Part shown: positions 1 through 12,190 of the stretch, piece after piece | Numbering within the stretch: position 1 is the first letter of the stretch | How the letters are laid out: each line of letters opens with the position of its first letter | Assembly: GCA_035084275.1 (NCBI GenBank) | Contig: CM068749.1 | Location: forward strand, 15,500,001 to 15,564,000 | Source: Hydrolagus colliei | Lineage: Eukaryota | DNA: 64,000 nucleotides | Direction: 5' to 3' | Position numbers and translations under genes: made by a program | Notes under the pieces: model-generated | Databases searched by the model: none | What the model was told of the DNA's origin: nothing | What the model saw: only the letters and a program-made list of their open reading frames with translations

Positions 1-108
1 TCTTCCCGTTTATTGTTGTGCAAGTGGCATTCTTGTTGCATATATTCTCATTGCAGTTGAAGGTTCTGGTCGCGCTGAAATCTGCAGATGGCAAACTGCA
101 GAGCCACA
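1..108 (-). CDS. adgrl4: Coding exon 2 (partial, runs off window start) of an EGF-domain surface protein, probably adhesion GPCR L4 (ELTD1)
   Basis: Minus-strand acceptor ttttcatgtttcag| at 109-122, then (G)TG TGG CTC... reading VWLCSLPSADFSATRTFNCNENICNKNATCTTINGK, open to the window edge. C-x4-C-x5-C spacing of an EGF domain; resembles remembered ADGRL4 exon 2 (NCTKTPCLPNAKCEIRNG). Identity from memory, not searched. Confidence 0.75.
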
Positions 109-382
109 CTGAAACATGAAAAGTTAGAGTATAACGTGAGAGATAGAAACAGAACACTAAAGAGCCCAAATTAAAATTGACTGCAGTCACTTAGAATTTG
201 ATTCTTAATGTGCAAAATTATCAATGCCTAAATTTTGACATCTAGTTTCCTGATTCAAAGTTAAAAAAAATTAAAACAAAAGGTAACTACAATAGCAATA
301 TATAAGCGTGAATGATTGTATCAAGAATTTGGTAGGATTCACAAAGGGATAACAAGAACAACATAGTCAAAAAACAGACTTA

Positions 383-562
383 TAATAATCCTTACATTTG
401 ATATAGTACCTTATCACATTGTTGAGATGTTTCAAAGTGCTTCACTGAATATATTGTAAAATCGATTGACCGTGAATTTAGTGGGCAAAACGCAGCAGCC
501 AATTGTGCATAGCAGTGTCCCACAAACAATTGTGGATTGAGTGACCAAATAGTTTTTTTTTT
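383..562 (-). mobile_element. tRNA-derived SINE (Deu/L2-tail family), 3' half
   Basis: Reverse complement of the family core tttgtgggacactgct...aattggctgc...gaagcactttga...aaatgtaaggattatt found in many copies here. Confidence 0.85.
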
Positions 563-711
563 GGGGGGGTTACTGGAGAGGAGCTGATTTAAGACTAATT
601 TACTGCTCCCTTTACTCCCATTTTGTTCTTTGAATTTATCCCCTTATCCTCTTGCCTGAAGAAAGACAACTGATGGTGTCATTTATCATTTCAGGAATGT
701 GAAGTTTCTGA

Positions 712-956
712 TATTTCATCCAGGCTTGCACCATGAATATTGGTCGTCTGTTCAGCCATGGGGCTGCATTAGCTAAATTCAATATGAACCCTTATTAACT
801 ATTAGCCAAAATGCACTTCCAGTCTTTATCACTAGATAGCCATCATGAATAGGAACTTTGGCTGATTTCTTTCCTCACTAGCCTGGGGACACTGAGGCCG
901 ATTGAAGGTTCCCCGCTACAACCCACCTGAGATTGGTTAACTTAATATAGACCAAG
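712..956 (-). mobile_element. Ancient SINE relic, AmnSINE2-like
   Basis: Motifs ggaactttggctgattt, ctagcctggggacactgaggccgattg, ctgagattggttaact; homologous to 1560-1817 and, inverted, to 44045-44460. Family name from memory. Confidence 0.6.
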
Positions 957-1559
957 TACTGGAGGAGTACCACTAAAATGAAGGATCAGCCTTTGCGCAG
1001 ATTTTAGTACGTAAGCATTTCATGTATTTCTGACCAAAACGACAACATAGCACAGTGTAGGTAACAATATGTGTTCTTCATTAAAATATGAAGAATGCAG
1101 TACAGTAATATTAATATTGTTAAGTTTGATACAGGGCCTTTCATGCCAGGAGGACTTGTCAAATTGCTTTACCGGATTTACTTTAAAGTGCGGATTGTGC
1201 AGGTGAACTCGACTAATATAAACTAGACTCATGAGAGTCTGCTCAACTTTTAGTTGTCAATAACTATTGTTAGAAAAGTGGATGCTATACTCTGCACTGA
1301 TATATTTGCAGCATTTATATGAGAAGGTAATACAAATTAAACGTATAGTTTTTTTATACAATGGGATTGTAAAGGAATTCAAGCCATGCAAAAAATGATG
1401 AAAATGCAATGAAGCATCTTTAAGGGCTGAAACTTCAATATCTTTGAATACAGGAGAAATTTTAAAATCTATGCACATAGTCAGAAAACATAGGCAATAT
1501 TACAATATCCCGATGTTAAGTTATCCATGAGCCAAAGTTTTCTACTTCTGATAAGATTG

Positions 1560-1817
1560 CTTGCTAACCGTACTGATCAATTTCACAGCTGTGTCCAATT
1601 TTATTCCATCTGATGTTCAAGCACACATAATAGCTTGCAGGGTTAACAGTCATTGGCGAGTGATAAGGAGTAGGAACCTTGGCTGATTTTTATCATCATC
1701 TTGCCAGCCTAAGGCTGAGATTATTGAATTCAGCACAGATTTGGATCTGTAATCATCTGGTCAGTATGGCTTATTGCTATTTCAGTATTTTACCTACTAG
1801 GTCATGAACTGAGCCAC
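1560..1817 (-). mobile_element. Ancient SINE relic, AmnSINE2-like
   Basis: aggaaccttggctgattttt...gctgagatt...tcagcacaga, ending in A-box-like aactgagcca. Confidence 0.55.
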
Positions 1818-2120
1818 TCTGAAAGAGTCTGCCTACCATGGAAAGATGGGATAACTTACAACCCACATAAACTTGGGTTGTATCAGGATGTGTTTGCAAA
1901 ACTGGTTAACTGAATACAGATTCAAATAACATGGAGCATTAGGATGATGACACAACATGGAATGAAAAAACTATACTGTTTGTAATATGAAACACGAGGG
2001 CAATGGTCTGGGCACTACAGAATGATAATTTAGTTATTTGGGAATGAGGGACCATATACTAGTGAATGGTGAAATAATTTTTGGGGCGTCAGCCGAGTGT
2101 CTGACACATGCGGAAACCCA

Positions 2121-2154
2121 TTACAACTCTAAAGAGTTTACAACTCTAAAGAGT
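2121..2154. repeat. 17-bp direct tandem duplication
   Basis: ttacaactctaaagagt x2. Confidence 0.9.
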
Positions 2155-2252
2155 ATACAAACCAAACATTTCTATAAATCCCCACAGCTCTAGACCTTGG
2201 TGAAATTTGATTAAGTCAACCCATTGTTCCCAGGCAGCTCAGCATACAATTC

Positions 2253-2602
2253 TAATAATAATCCTTATCATGTCTTTGACACGCCTGAAACCACTTCACA
2301 GAATATACTGTAAAGTGAATTGCCTGTATATTTTGTGGGCAAAATGCGGCTGCCAATTGCACACAGCAGTGTCCCACAAACAGTAGTGGATTGAGTGCTC
2401 AAATTATTATTTTTTGGAAGGAATATTATTTCTGGAAAAGAGATCCCTCAATCGACGAATAACCAAGTTGCTACTTACTGCTCGGTAAACAGAATTGTGT
2501 GAAGTAAGGAAACTTGCTCAATGTTTCACCCTGCCCCCGTGGGAATCAAACCCAGGTCACCTTACTTGCGAAGCGAGTGCTCTAACCACTAGGTTACAGG
2601 AC
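2253..2602 (-). mobile_element. Full-length tRNA-derived SINE, middle type A
   Basis: tRNA head with A/B boxes at ~2530-2602, middle ctgtttaccgagcagtaagt, family core, (TTA)n tail. Confidence 0.9.
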
Positions 2603-3392
2603 ACTGACATAGATATCGGTTGTCTCCATTGTGCTCCCAGCCAAGAAGGAAGTATCAATTAAAGTAGGACTTCTTAGAAAAATAATAAATAAGCAAACAA
2701 ACGTTTCAAATTTGAGCCGCTTAATTCTACAACATTATCTCCAAATACACTCGTGGTTTTCAAAGTTACAAGGCTCAGAAAACAGGAATCAACAAGAATT
2801 GAGAGTAAGAGAACTCAATTGTAACTAATCAGATTTTGATTGTTTTTAATAAAGAAAGACCAGATTACAAAAACAAATACTACATATCCAGCAAATTATT
2901 TTATCTTCCTTGATTTAATCATAGGTTTTGTTTCTCCCTTCATAGAGGTTACAGCGTGTTTGTTTCCACTTTAAGACATCAGAATGAAGTTAAAACAACA
3001 GTTTCAAAGAAGCAACATCGCACCATCTGTCACATTAGACTCAAAACCAAATCCATTATTAAAAATTTCCCTCTACACCGCAACCCGCATATTTTGTTTT
3101 GCCACAGTTCATATCCATGGAAGGACAGTAATTCTGAATATTTTCTTTTGAAAGGAAACGCTTACAATGTTTTGAGGAATATCAGTGAACATGCTGAGCA
3201 GATTTTGAACTTTTATTTAGTCAGCTAGCAGGCAGTGTCTGCTCAGCAAAGAGGCTGATATTCACTCCACTCCCCATGACTTAAAATAGTCTTTCCAAAC
3301 ACATCAGTATTTTTTTTCCAAACATTAAAGCAGTACTTAGCAATGTTGTTTGAACAGTCAGTTGAAGAAACATTTGCTTGCTGTGCACTTAC

Positions 3393-3414
3393 CAAACAGT
3401 AAAATGAATTTCAT
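3393..3414 (-). CDS. adgrl4: First coding exon (22 nt): ATG AAA TTC ATT TTA CTG TTT G = MKFILLF(V), start of signal peptide
   Basis: Consensus donor gtaagt follows; in-frame TAA 15 nt upstream of the ATG; hydrophobic MK-x-L-L pattern and 22-nt length match my recollection of ADGRL4 exon 1 (MKRLPLLV). Confidence 0.75.
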
Positions 3415-3665
3415 GGAGGCTTTACTTTACCAACAGTCCCACAATCAGAGCTGAAAAAAGTGAGGCAGTGTTCTCCTGATTCTGACGTGAGAGATTTCCT
3501 GACTAACTTTTTTTTCCCCTGTTTCTGATCCTGAGGATCTGAGGTCACCACGTCCTGCTTTTAATTTCACATTTCCCAAGAATGAGTAAAGGCAGAGGAC
3601 TTTAAATGTTTTGAAGGCTTTGTGGCAAAATATACATTTTTATAAACAAGGAAAACAATAGGGCA
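3415..3665 (-). promoter_or_regulatory. Putative 5'UTR and proximal promoter of the adgrl4-like gene
   Basis: Directly upstream of the ATG. ETS core CAGGAAAT (minus, ~3494-3501), CRE-like TGACGTGA (3483-3490), TATAAAA on minus (~3638-3644), FOX/ETS/SOX-like TAAACAAGGAAAACAAT (3643-3659). TSS not determinable. Confidence 0.45.
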
Positions 3666-4771
3666 GCACATTTGAGCAAGGACAAAGGGTTAGAACGCCT
3701 TTCATGTGTTCACAAAACGTTTTATTTAATCCAGCCATTGAAACAAAGAAAGGCCACATGGTGAGAATATGATCCCTTGAATTTTAAAACAGGAGCTGGC
3801 ATATTCTTCTCTGGATGCCTTTAAAATACTCATGGAGTTCACATTAGTCATCTTTTACATGTGGATAGTTGAACACAGCACAGCAGTAAAGATATTCTGA
3901 ATAAGGTTCAAGACCAGAAGCAAAGTTAACCTTATGTAAAGTATATGCTTGGCATTAGAAGGTCCCAATAAATGCAGGTTTTTTTTTGATGAAGTGGAAG
4001 GACTGACCTTCCTATCATTAATCCTTTCTGTGAATGTGATCGGCTTCACCTCTCAACCGCAATGGAAAGCTTCCATTAACAGTCACCAATATCATAAAAG
4101 CTTACCCTCCAAAAAAACCCCACATAAAATTGAAGCAATATGTATATTAACAGATACCAGATATCAGGGATTGATTCAAGGCAGTGGTTTAATCTTGAGC
4201 TTAAGATGATGAATATAAACTGCTTCAGCTTCATTTTGTGAAATTTATGATGTCATCTGAACTCAATTAAATTATTGCCTTGTAATAGCTCCCAGGTTTC
4301 CACTATTTTATATATAAATCATCTGAACTCCTTGATTAGATTACTGCTCATAATTATTTCCAGGTATCCATTATTCTACATGTAGATTGTATGTGTTTTG
4401 TTCCTAGCTTAGCTTTTTTTCAAAAAACTAACTTTTCTGTAACATTGGATGAAAAGTAATCAATACTTTCCTCAAGATTGTTATACAAACACAAGCAAGT
4501 GCAAATGAAAGTGGGCTGTGTTATTATAGAAGCACCCCTGTATTCCAAACACGAATTGTGCATTTGTGTTGGGCAAAGAAGTAACCACATAAGCTCGATA
4601 TGGATTTTCAAATTGTTTGTGGGAAATGGTTCATTTGCTTCTTAACCAGCTAAGATTTGGTAGAGTTTACAAACAGTTGTCAAATAGTACAGTACTTACA
4701 CTATGTGCAATTCAGTGGAGTCTCTCTTATTAAAAACACTGATGTCTGAAATACTGTATTCTATTATCTGA

Positions 4772-4790
4772 GCCAGCCAGAGGTGGCGCT
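4772..4790 (+). promoter_or_regulatory. CTCF-like motif
   Basis: gccagccagAGGTGGCGCt matches the 3' half of the CTCF core; 5' half imperfect. Confidence 0.25.
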
Positions 4791-5749
4791 TTTCTAATCA
4801 TTGAAACAGTTCTAATATTTTGAAAAAATAAACATGGGTGGTATTATAAGAATTTTTTTTCCTGCCAAATTATTTTTGGGTCTGCATATTTTAGATACTT
4901 AGGACTTCATTGTGTTATACAGTATTTGTATCAGGGAGTGCATTGTTTCGCTCATGAGATCAATTTCTGAAAATCCAAAGCCACTAGTGCTCTGATGTGT
5001 TCTTTGATGCCACTTTGTATTGTATTAAATGGATTTGTTACTGAGTCTTTCATTTTATCTTCATTTTCAAAGCTGTTAAATAATTTTTATTTAAATATAA
5101 TTTTGAATTGTAGTTTCAGTGCTACAAAATACATACCTGTTGGATATAAAGTTATGAAATAAATTATTACTCAGCCAGTTCACCCCAGGTAGAGAGCATA
5201 TTATACGTATCTTCAGGTTAAATCTATAAAAATATATTATTACAATATTGTAACAGATATATATTTGCAAGGCTATTCTTTTCACTTCAAAAGCAAACAT
5301 TCCTTCTTTTTATTTGAATGCAATTTATTTTGCACGTAGAAAATAACTTGTTTATTTTTAGATTCAGAGGCAACGAAGTTGCATCAAAATGTGCAGATTC
5401 ATACTGTACTTCCTTTGCTGCATGTAATCAGTATTTTACCAGAGGGATTTCAATTGTTTGAGTAAGTAACACCCTAAATGCAATGATTTACAGACTCTGG
5501 CACATTCAAAGTCTGAGATTCATAACAATGCATGTTTTTTGTTTTATAGCATCTTCACTTTTACCTGCATAATCTTTAGGAACTGTTATGCTTTAATTTT
5601 GTTTGTCCTCGGGTCAAATGTGTTTATTTTCATGTTGTGTTGGTCTAGCTGAACATAGTTGGTTCAAAGTGCTGTAACTGTCTGGGATGACTGAGGTCCA
5701 GGCACTTTGATGACCTATTTCAGCAGAATAGGAGCAAGCGGAGAACCAA

Positions 5750-5972
5750 TATTTGGGACTCTTCAGCACTTCCAATTCATAGTCTTCAGGCTGACATTAC
5801 AATTTAGTGCTGGAAAAGTTGTAAGTGACGTATTGCTGTGCATAAATCGACGGCCACATTCACCCTGCAAACACCCAGTCACTACACTTTACAGTAAAAT
5901 CCTTTAAAATACCTTGAGATATTTTGACGATGTGAGTTGGCATTATATCAAATACATGGATTATGATTATTG
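5750..5972 (+). mobile_element. Old Deu-type SINE remnant
   Basis: aggctgacatt...ttgctgtgcataaatcgacggcc...cagtcactacactt...tatatcaaatacatggattatgattatt. Confidence 0.6.
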
Positions 5973-7314
5973 ATTGCTCTTTGCTAGGATGGTAAACGTA
6001 TAATGAATGAGTCCAGTGTCCAAAGTTGGTATCAAAAATAGAGAAATATGTTGTTGTTCTGTTGTTTTGCAGCATTCTGAAACTAATGGAATCAGCAACT
6101 AACCCATTTCAAGGCCTCTTATAATTCTGCTCTCTGCCCTACTCTTATGAGGCATGTGAGTGTCTACAAGAAAAAATGCATTGTTTCATTGAACTCCTTC
6201 CGTGCAAGAAATTGCCTAGCGTCCATTTGAAGATAAAAGCAGACATCAGAAACTCCTATGGGGAATCATAGGTCTAAGTATTTAAATGCATCATGGCTTA
6301 TATTTTTTATGAAATGCACTTCTCTATCCTTTCCTTCTGTCTTTTCTTCTTCACAATATGTTTGTACAATTTGCGCCAACTACTCAGTCGTTTCTGATGC
6401 TGCTGTTTAGATGAGCTCTTCAGTGTATCTTTTCTGCCATTGATCCCTGAAAAATTGCTGTTTGTACTATCACTGAGAGGCCCAGAAACAGCAGGTATCT
6501 GTTCCTGTGAAATATACTACAAAAGCTAAGAAAAATAATTTCACACTGCAGTACCCACTACAAGAACCACGTTTGATTCAATTTGTAATAAACAGTGTGC
6601 GGAAAAAAATAAATGAAAGACTAAGTCAGCACTGGGATAGATCACTTGCTTAAGTATGATGTAGTTCTGAGCAACCGACAAACCTCACAATATCTGGAAT
6701 TGTAAAGCTAAATTTTCCATTCTTTTTCCCCAAAATGTTTGATTTTTTTCATTTTCTTAAAGAAAAAGCTTCTTTTTAATGTAATTAACAAATTTTCTAA
6801 AATATAAGACAGTGTCGAACGCAAACATGACTTATGTCAGTAATTGTTTTTGATAGGATTAACAGGATGTCATGGTTTCCCTTCCAGGTCTTTTTTTTTA
6901 TTGTTTTTAAGAATAAAAAAAACACTACGCTTAATTCTTTTGATGATTTATTGATGCACAGTTTGCTGGAGAGTTTTTGCTGTGCTTAATATACTTGCAA
7001 GTCAGAATGAAGAATAAGCCTGCTGGGAGGTTCTGAATTTTTCAATGAGTTGTCAGACTTACGAAAATAGTCTATGGAATTGTAAGAGTGCATCATCAAA
7101 AAAACAAAGCAGTTACTGCCAGTTTGTGCAGGAGTAGAGTTCTCACAAGTATTTCAATGAACATGTACACAGGCACAAAATTGATTTTCCATCAGTTAAT
7201 GTGTTAGCAGGGAGAAAGCAGCACCAATAAATATTCCCAAGTCCAGGTGCTTTGGAATACAGTACTCTTAAAATGATGGTCTAAAATAATAATTCCACAA
7301 CAATTTTTAATTTT

Positions 7315-7600
7315 GTTTTGATATAGCACCTTTCGCGTTGGGAGCACATATTAAAGCGTTTCACAGGATTTATTGTAAAGTGTAATATTTTGTCAGAAAA
7401 TGTGACAGCCAATTTTGCATTTAGCAGTGTTCCACAAACATTGAGAAAGTGACTGATTTTATCTACAGGAGCATTGGCCAGATCATCAGGAAAAACTCCC
7501 TTCCTTTTATGAATAGTTCAATGGGATTTTTAACGCCCACATGAACAGCCAGATGGGACCTCTGGTCAATTTCTTATCCAAACTGTGCGTCTAGACAGCT
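7315..7600 (-). mobile_element. Old DeuSINE (Deu domain plus tail)
   Basis: ttggccagatcatcaggaaaaactccc...aatagttcaatgggatttttaacgcccac resembles the reverse-complemented Deu domain; tail at 7315-7440. Confidence 0.7.
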
Positions 7601-8510
7601 TTGAAACATTTGCTGTTTGTACTATCACCTTTGAGTTGAGAGATTTGGGGTTCAAGCCCACATTGGGACCTTTCGAGCTGAACCATCTATTTGCCTGTCC
7701 ACTGAAAGCTCACTGTGTGACTCCAGTTCCTTTGCCCCTGAGTTGGGTGAAGTGAATGTTCTGTGCGAGATTTTCCCTGAAATTCTGGTTGTTGCTCTCT
7801 GGGAAGTTGGCTACACCACTGGGTTGAGTGACAGGAATGTTCCCTCTGGAAATTGAGGGAGTTTTCCTCGCATTTGTAGAGTTTGATAGGTTTCTAACCA
7901 TCTACATAACTTTTCTCCAGTTCTCTCTGCAGAGAATGCCATGCCAGTCTCACCAAGGGTTCATAACTCTCAATCCAGAGTTCAGTCGGTATCAGAGCTT
8001 GATGGAGAACAGCTGCCTTCTTAGATACACCAGATGGAATCTGTTAGAAATGAAGGATTCAGATTATGTGAACCAGGCAGTACAGGTCACTCCAGAGACA
8101 GACAAATCTGTCTGCATTCAGCACAACCAGCATCTCCTTGTGTAAAATGAAAATATAACTGTTCAAAACCAGCAGCAGCTAAGTATGAACCTCAATTATT
8201 AGATAATTGCTTAAGCAACTCCAATCCAACTCAGACTCACTGTTGTAAATGTGGTGGAGTATGTAACTTTCCTCCATAGTTATTCTGGATCTGCTACAAC
8301 TATCTATTCGGAAAGTGATTTGTGAGGGCAGGGACACAGTCAACCTTTGCATCAAGGTGGAGGGCAAAAGCATATCTGATGGTTTGCACTCAGGGGTGCT
8401 GTGGGCAAATCTGTTGTTGGGAGTCTTTGCCACTGGGTGCTTCTATGTATCCATGAACAAGTTTCTTTGGATGATTACCCAGTAAGTCGGAGATCTATAG
8501 TTTATTTTTG

Positions 8511-8854
8511 GAATCCTGCAGCTTCAGTGGTTAGAGCACTCGCCTTGCAAGTGAGATACTTGGGTTCAATTCCCAACGGGGCTAAATGTTGAGCGAGTTT
8601 CCTTACTCCACACGCCACTGTTTACCGAGCAGTAAGTAAAGAACCCGATTGTTAGTTGACTGGCGTATCATGACTGTTCAATTGACTTCAATCAGTGATT
8701 GTTTGTGGGACACTGTTGTTTGCAATTGGCTATCGGGTTTCATGCACAATATATCTTGACAATTTCCTTTACAGTATAATCTGTGAAGCACTTTGAGATG
8801 TCTTGAAGATGTGGTAAGGCGTTAAATCAAATACTGTAGAAGGATTGTTATTAT
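8511..8854 (+). mobile_element. Full-length tRNA-derived SINE, middle type A
   Basis: A box agcttcagtggtt, B box ggttcaattccc, middle ctgtttaccgagcagtaagt, core and tail. Confidence 0.9.
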
Positions 8855-9738
8855 AGTTTTTTCTCACAATCATTCTTTCCTACATTGAAACACACTAGAA
8901 TAAAGGTTTCCATCAAAAGGATTTTCAAAAATAATTTAAATTGTTAGGTTTACATTTCTGCAAGTCCCTACCTAAATGTTGTAAAAAGATGAAACAGAAA
9001 TACTTAGGGTACCTTTTTGCAGTATGTTCAAATTTTTATTTTAGTAGCATTATTAATCCAACCTAATAACAAGCAGTAAAATTGACTCAAGAGATTATAA
9101 AACTAAATTTCCACCAATAATGATGGATTAATTTCACAAACTTGCAAAATAATAATGAAACTAATGCAAATAATCGCAACAAGAATTTTTTTTCACTATG
9201 TAAATAGGCTGAAATGACTCAATGAGCTGACAAATGATTCACAAAATGAAGCAAAACATTAAGTTATGCGGTTTTCCTGGCTGTCCATTTTTGAGATAAA
9301 ATGCGAAATTTTTACTTCAGATTTGTGAAAACTATTATTGAATACTGTATTATAAGAAGAAATCAGGACTTCTTTGTGAAGTGAAAGCATTAAAGTGGTG
9401 AAAACATACACTTTTAACAACACACTTTAATGACCGTGATGATTTCAAAAGTGATGGTGCATATAAAAACAAAGGCTGCACTGCTATAAAAAATTGATAG
9501 CTTCAGTTTAAATGATTTGAATTGTAGTGTTGGATTCTTCAAATCCTATAGGAGACCCAAGAACTGTAGGATGAAATTTTTCAGGACTCAAGTGAACTGA
9601 ATTCCTATACTGGAGGTTACCTGTGTTTTTGCTCAAAGGATTAAGGAAATTATTCTGCTTAAATTGAATGTAAATGGTGTACAATGTGAATTTTTAAAAA
9701 GTATTATCAACACTAATGGCATTTTGCTGATAAACATT

Positions 9739-9919
9739 GACTATTTGTGGGACACTGCTGTGCGCAATTTGGCTGCCGCGTTTTGCCCACAAATATACTG
9801 TCAATTTCCTACTCTTTTTCATCCTGCCCCGACTCCTCCACCCTGCTCTTGTCCCTACCTAACTGTACAGCGCCTTGGGACATCCTCTCGATGTGAAAGG
9901 CGCTATATAAATGTAAGTG

Positions 9920-9951
<32 letters not shown>

Positions 9952-9952
9952 C
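9739..9952 (+). mobile_element. Chimeric SINE core plus L2 3' end with (GATT)n tail
   Basis: SINE core 9739-9806 switches to L2 3' UTR (cagcgccttgggacatcc...gtgaaaggcgctatataaatgtaag) then about 8 GATT units. Confidence 0.8.
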
Positions 9953-12190
9953 AATAGTTTCATGTCAGTTACAGAATTGCACCATGTGAACAGTAACATT
10001 TTATATATTGTTGTATTTTTGTACCATCCTTTGACAGTCAGTCAGGATCTCCAACATTCGAGGGAGGACACGTAATACTCCACATCATTAGAAAATAGTT
10101 TGATTGAAAACATAATACATCCAAAATGATATATAAAATCTACAAAATGATGCTTCTTATAATGTTCATACTAACTGAACTTAGGGGTTTTGATTGAACA
10201 CAAATATTCAAGAATCAACAGGGTTCCTTTGACTGTCAGAGTTTCTGATTGTTGACTGCGTAAAATTCAATTATCTTGGTTTATTGTCGATATTATTCCA
10301 CAAATTCGCATTGAGGTGCTTTGCAAATTATAGCTGTTGGCTTCTCCAACTGGGAGCTAATTATAGCAAGTATGTTTTTTCCATATTCTGCCCCTGAAAT
10401 TGGAATTTGCTTCCTCTGGATCCAAAGATGAACCCTGGCCAATTCAAAACAGGATGGGTTTTGCAAATGAATTAAATTGTAATTATTTTGTTTTTGTATT
10501 ATGTTGGCAGACAGTGGCTCAGCTCACTAGCTAGTTTAAATGGTTTAAACTAGCTGATGGGCATTCTTGTTATGGATTTATTGTCTAAAATCCTTCAACC
10601 TATCATGCACATATAATCCTGAGTCCCCTTACACAGTACTTTGTAAGGAATATTGTTTACCAACCAGTTTAAGCACTCTTTGAGAAGGGTCATTTGTTAA
10701 ATTTGTTATAAGAGTGGAACAAATTTGACATGAATAATGTATTTTAGTTTTGGAAATTGTCCATGTTACAATATTTCAACCGTTTTGTTGAGATGGTCAG
10801 TTTCCTTTCCTTTCAATAGAAACGGTACTCGTGCATTCTTATCACAAAATAAATATAGTTTGTGACGAGCAGAAATACCATGGTGTGCAAGATGCCTGAC
10901 GTGGGTGAAATCTGAAACTGGAAACTTGGATTGAAATCAAACATTCAGTATTCATCCAGAACCACAGATTTGCATTGGGTGATTGGAAATTAATTTAAAT
11001 TTTTTCCAAAAAAAAGTGGTGATAGGACCTTTGGAAATACTGCTGAAGCATGTGCTTTTGAAGATAAGGCATAAAATAACATTGCCTTTTGTAATTATAT
11101 TGAGCTTTATTGCTTGTTGATTTTTTTTACTATTCTTTATGTGAGAATGGCAGGTGGGTAGATTTTTGCCTAACTATTTTCTGAAACAATGTGAGGACCA
11201 AATATATATTTTAGATAAGGATAATGGTTACAGGTCACTAAATTATTCCCCTTTGTGTGAAAATGAAGCTTCTTAGGTGATTCCTTTTTCTATGTGTCTA
11301 ACACTAAATTGTGATTAGCAACTACAAAAAATTAAGCAAATGAAAATCTATCAAAGCGACAGTTTTTTTTAGGAAGAAGATTATTCTCGGGAAATGCAAA
11401 TTGATTGAAGGCGACATATGTTTTAAAGGTGAAACGGAAATCCTCTGTCCTGTGTTTTAAAGAAATGTCCATTTATTTAATAAGACATTGAAGGAACACA
11501 ATCGTATCTTATGAAGACTTGAAATATGTAGGGGTAATTTATTTCTAATTGCACACATACTTCCAAAAATTGAATAAGTTTACCAAACTCTATCTCAAGG
11601 CATAAAGCTGCCCAAAGCAGCGTGTGAATTCTTTGTATGAATTGCCTCCTTGTAATATAATGCAGACCAGATGAAGTGTTCTGGGATTTTGTTGACAGTT
11701 GCCTTTTTTAAGGAAATATGATGTAAGCAGGCAGTGTAGCTAGTTTCAAGGCAGATACAGTGACAGCTTTTTTCAGTTAAAACCCAAATGCAGCAGCTTC
11801 CTTTAAAGTCATTAGGCACAAGTTCCTGACTCATTTTAACTGAAGTTTGCTTTCTCATTTGTTTGCATTTGTGGGAGAATTAAAGAAATGGAATAATGTC
11901 AAAAATCCAATCCAGAATCATGATGAAACTTTACTTTTACAGGCAATGCAGCTGCAAATGAGTCTGTGTTCCAACATCATGTTGTATACATTTACCGATA
12001 AAACCGCAAAATATTCAGCAGTTTCCTGGTTCAATTAGCTTTTTTTCTCGTCTCTTCCAGTGATTTCTCAATAATAATTTTAAAAAAAGGGTTTTAAGAG
12101 AACATTATAGATTGGTTTAATTTGTACAGGTACTAGTATTTTCATTTTTCTAAGAAATAATTTTATGAGTCCAAACACTAAAGCTATAAT

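Larger units (their letters stand above)
109..3392 (-). other. adgrl4: Intron 1 (phase 1, GT-AG) of the adgrl4-like gene
   Basis: Donor G|gtaagtg at 3392-3386 and acceptor tttcag at 114-109 on minus strand; phases match (G + TG = Val). Confidence 0.75.
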
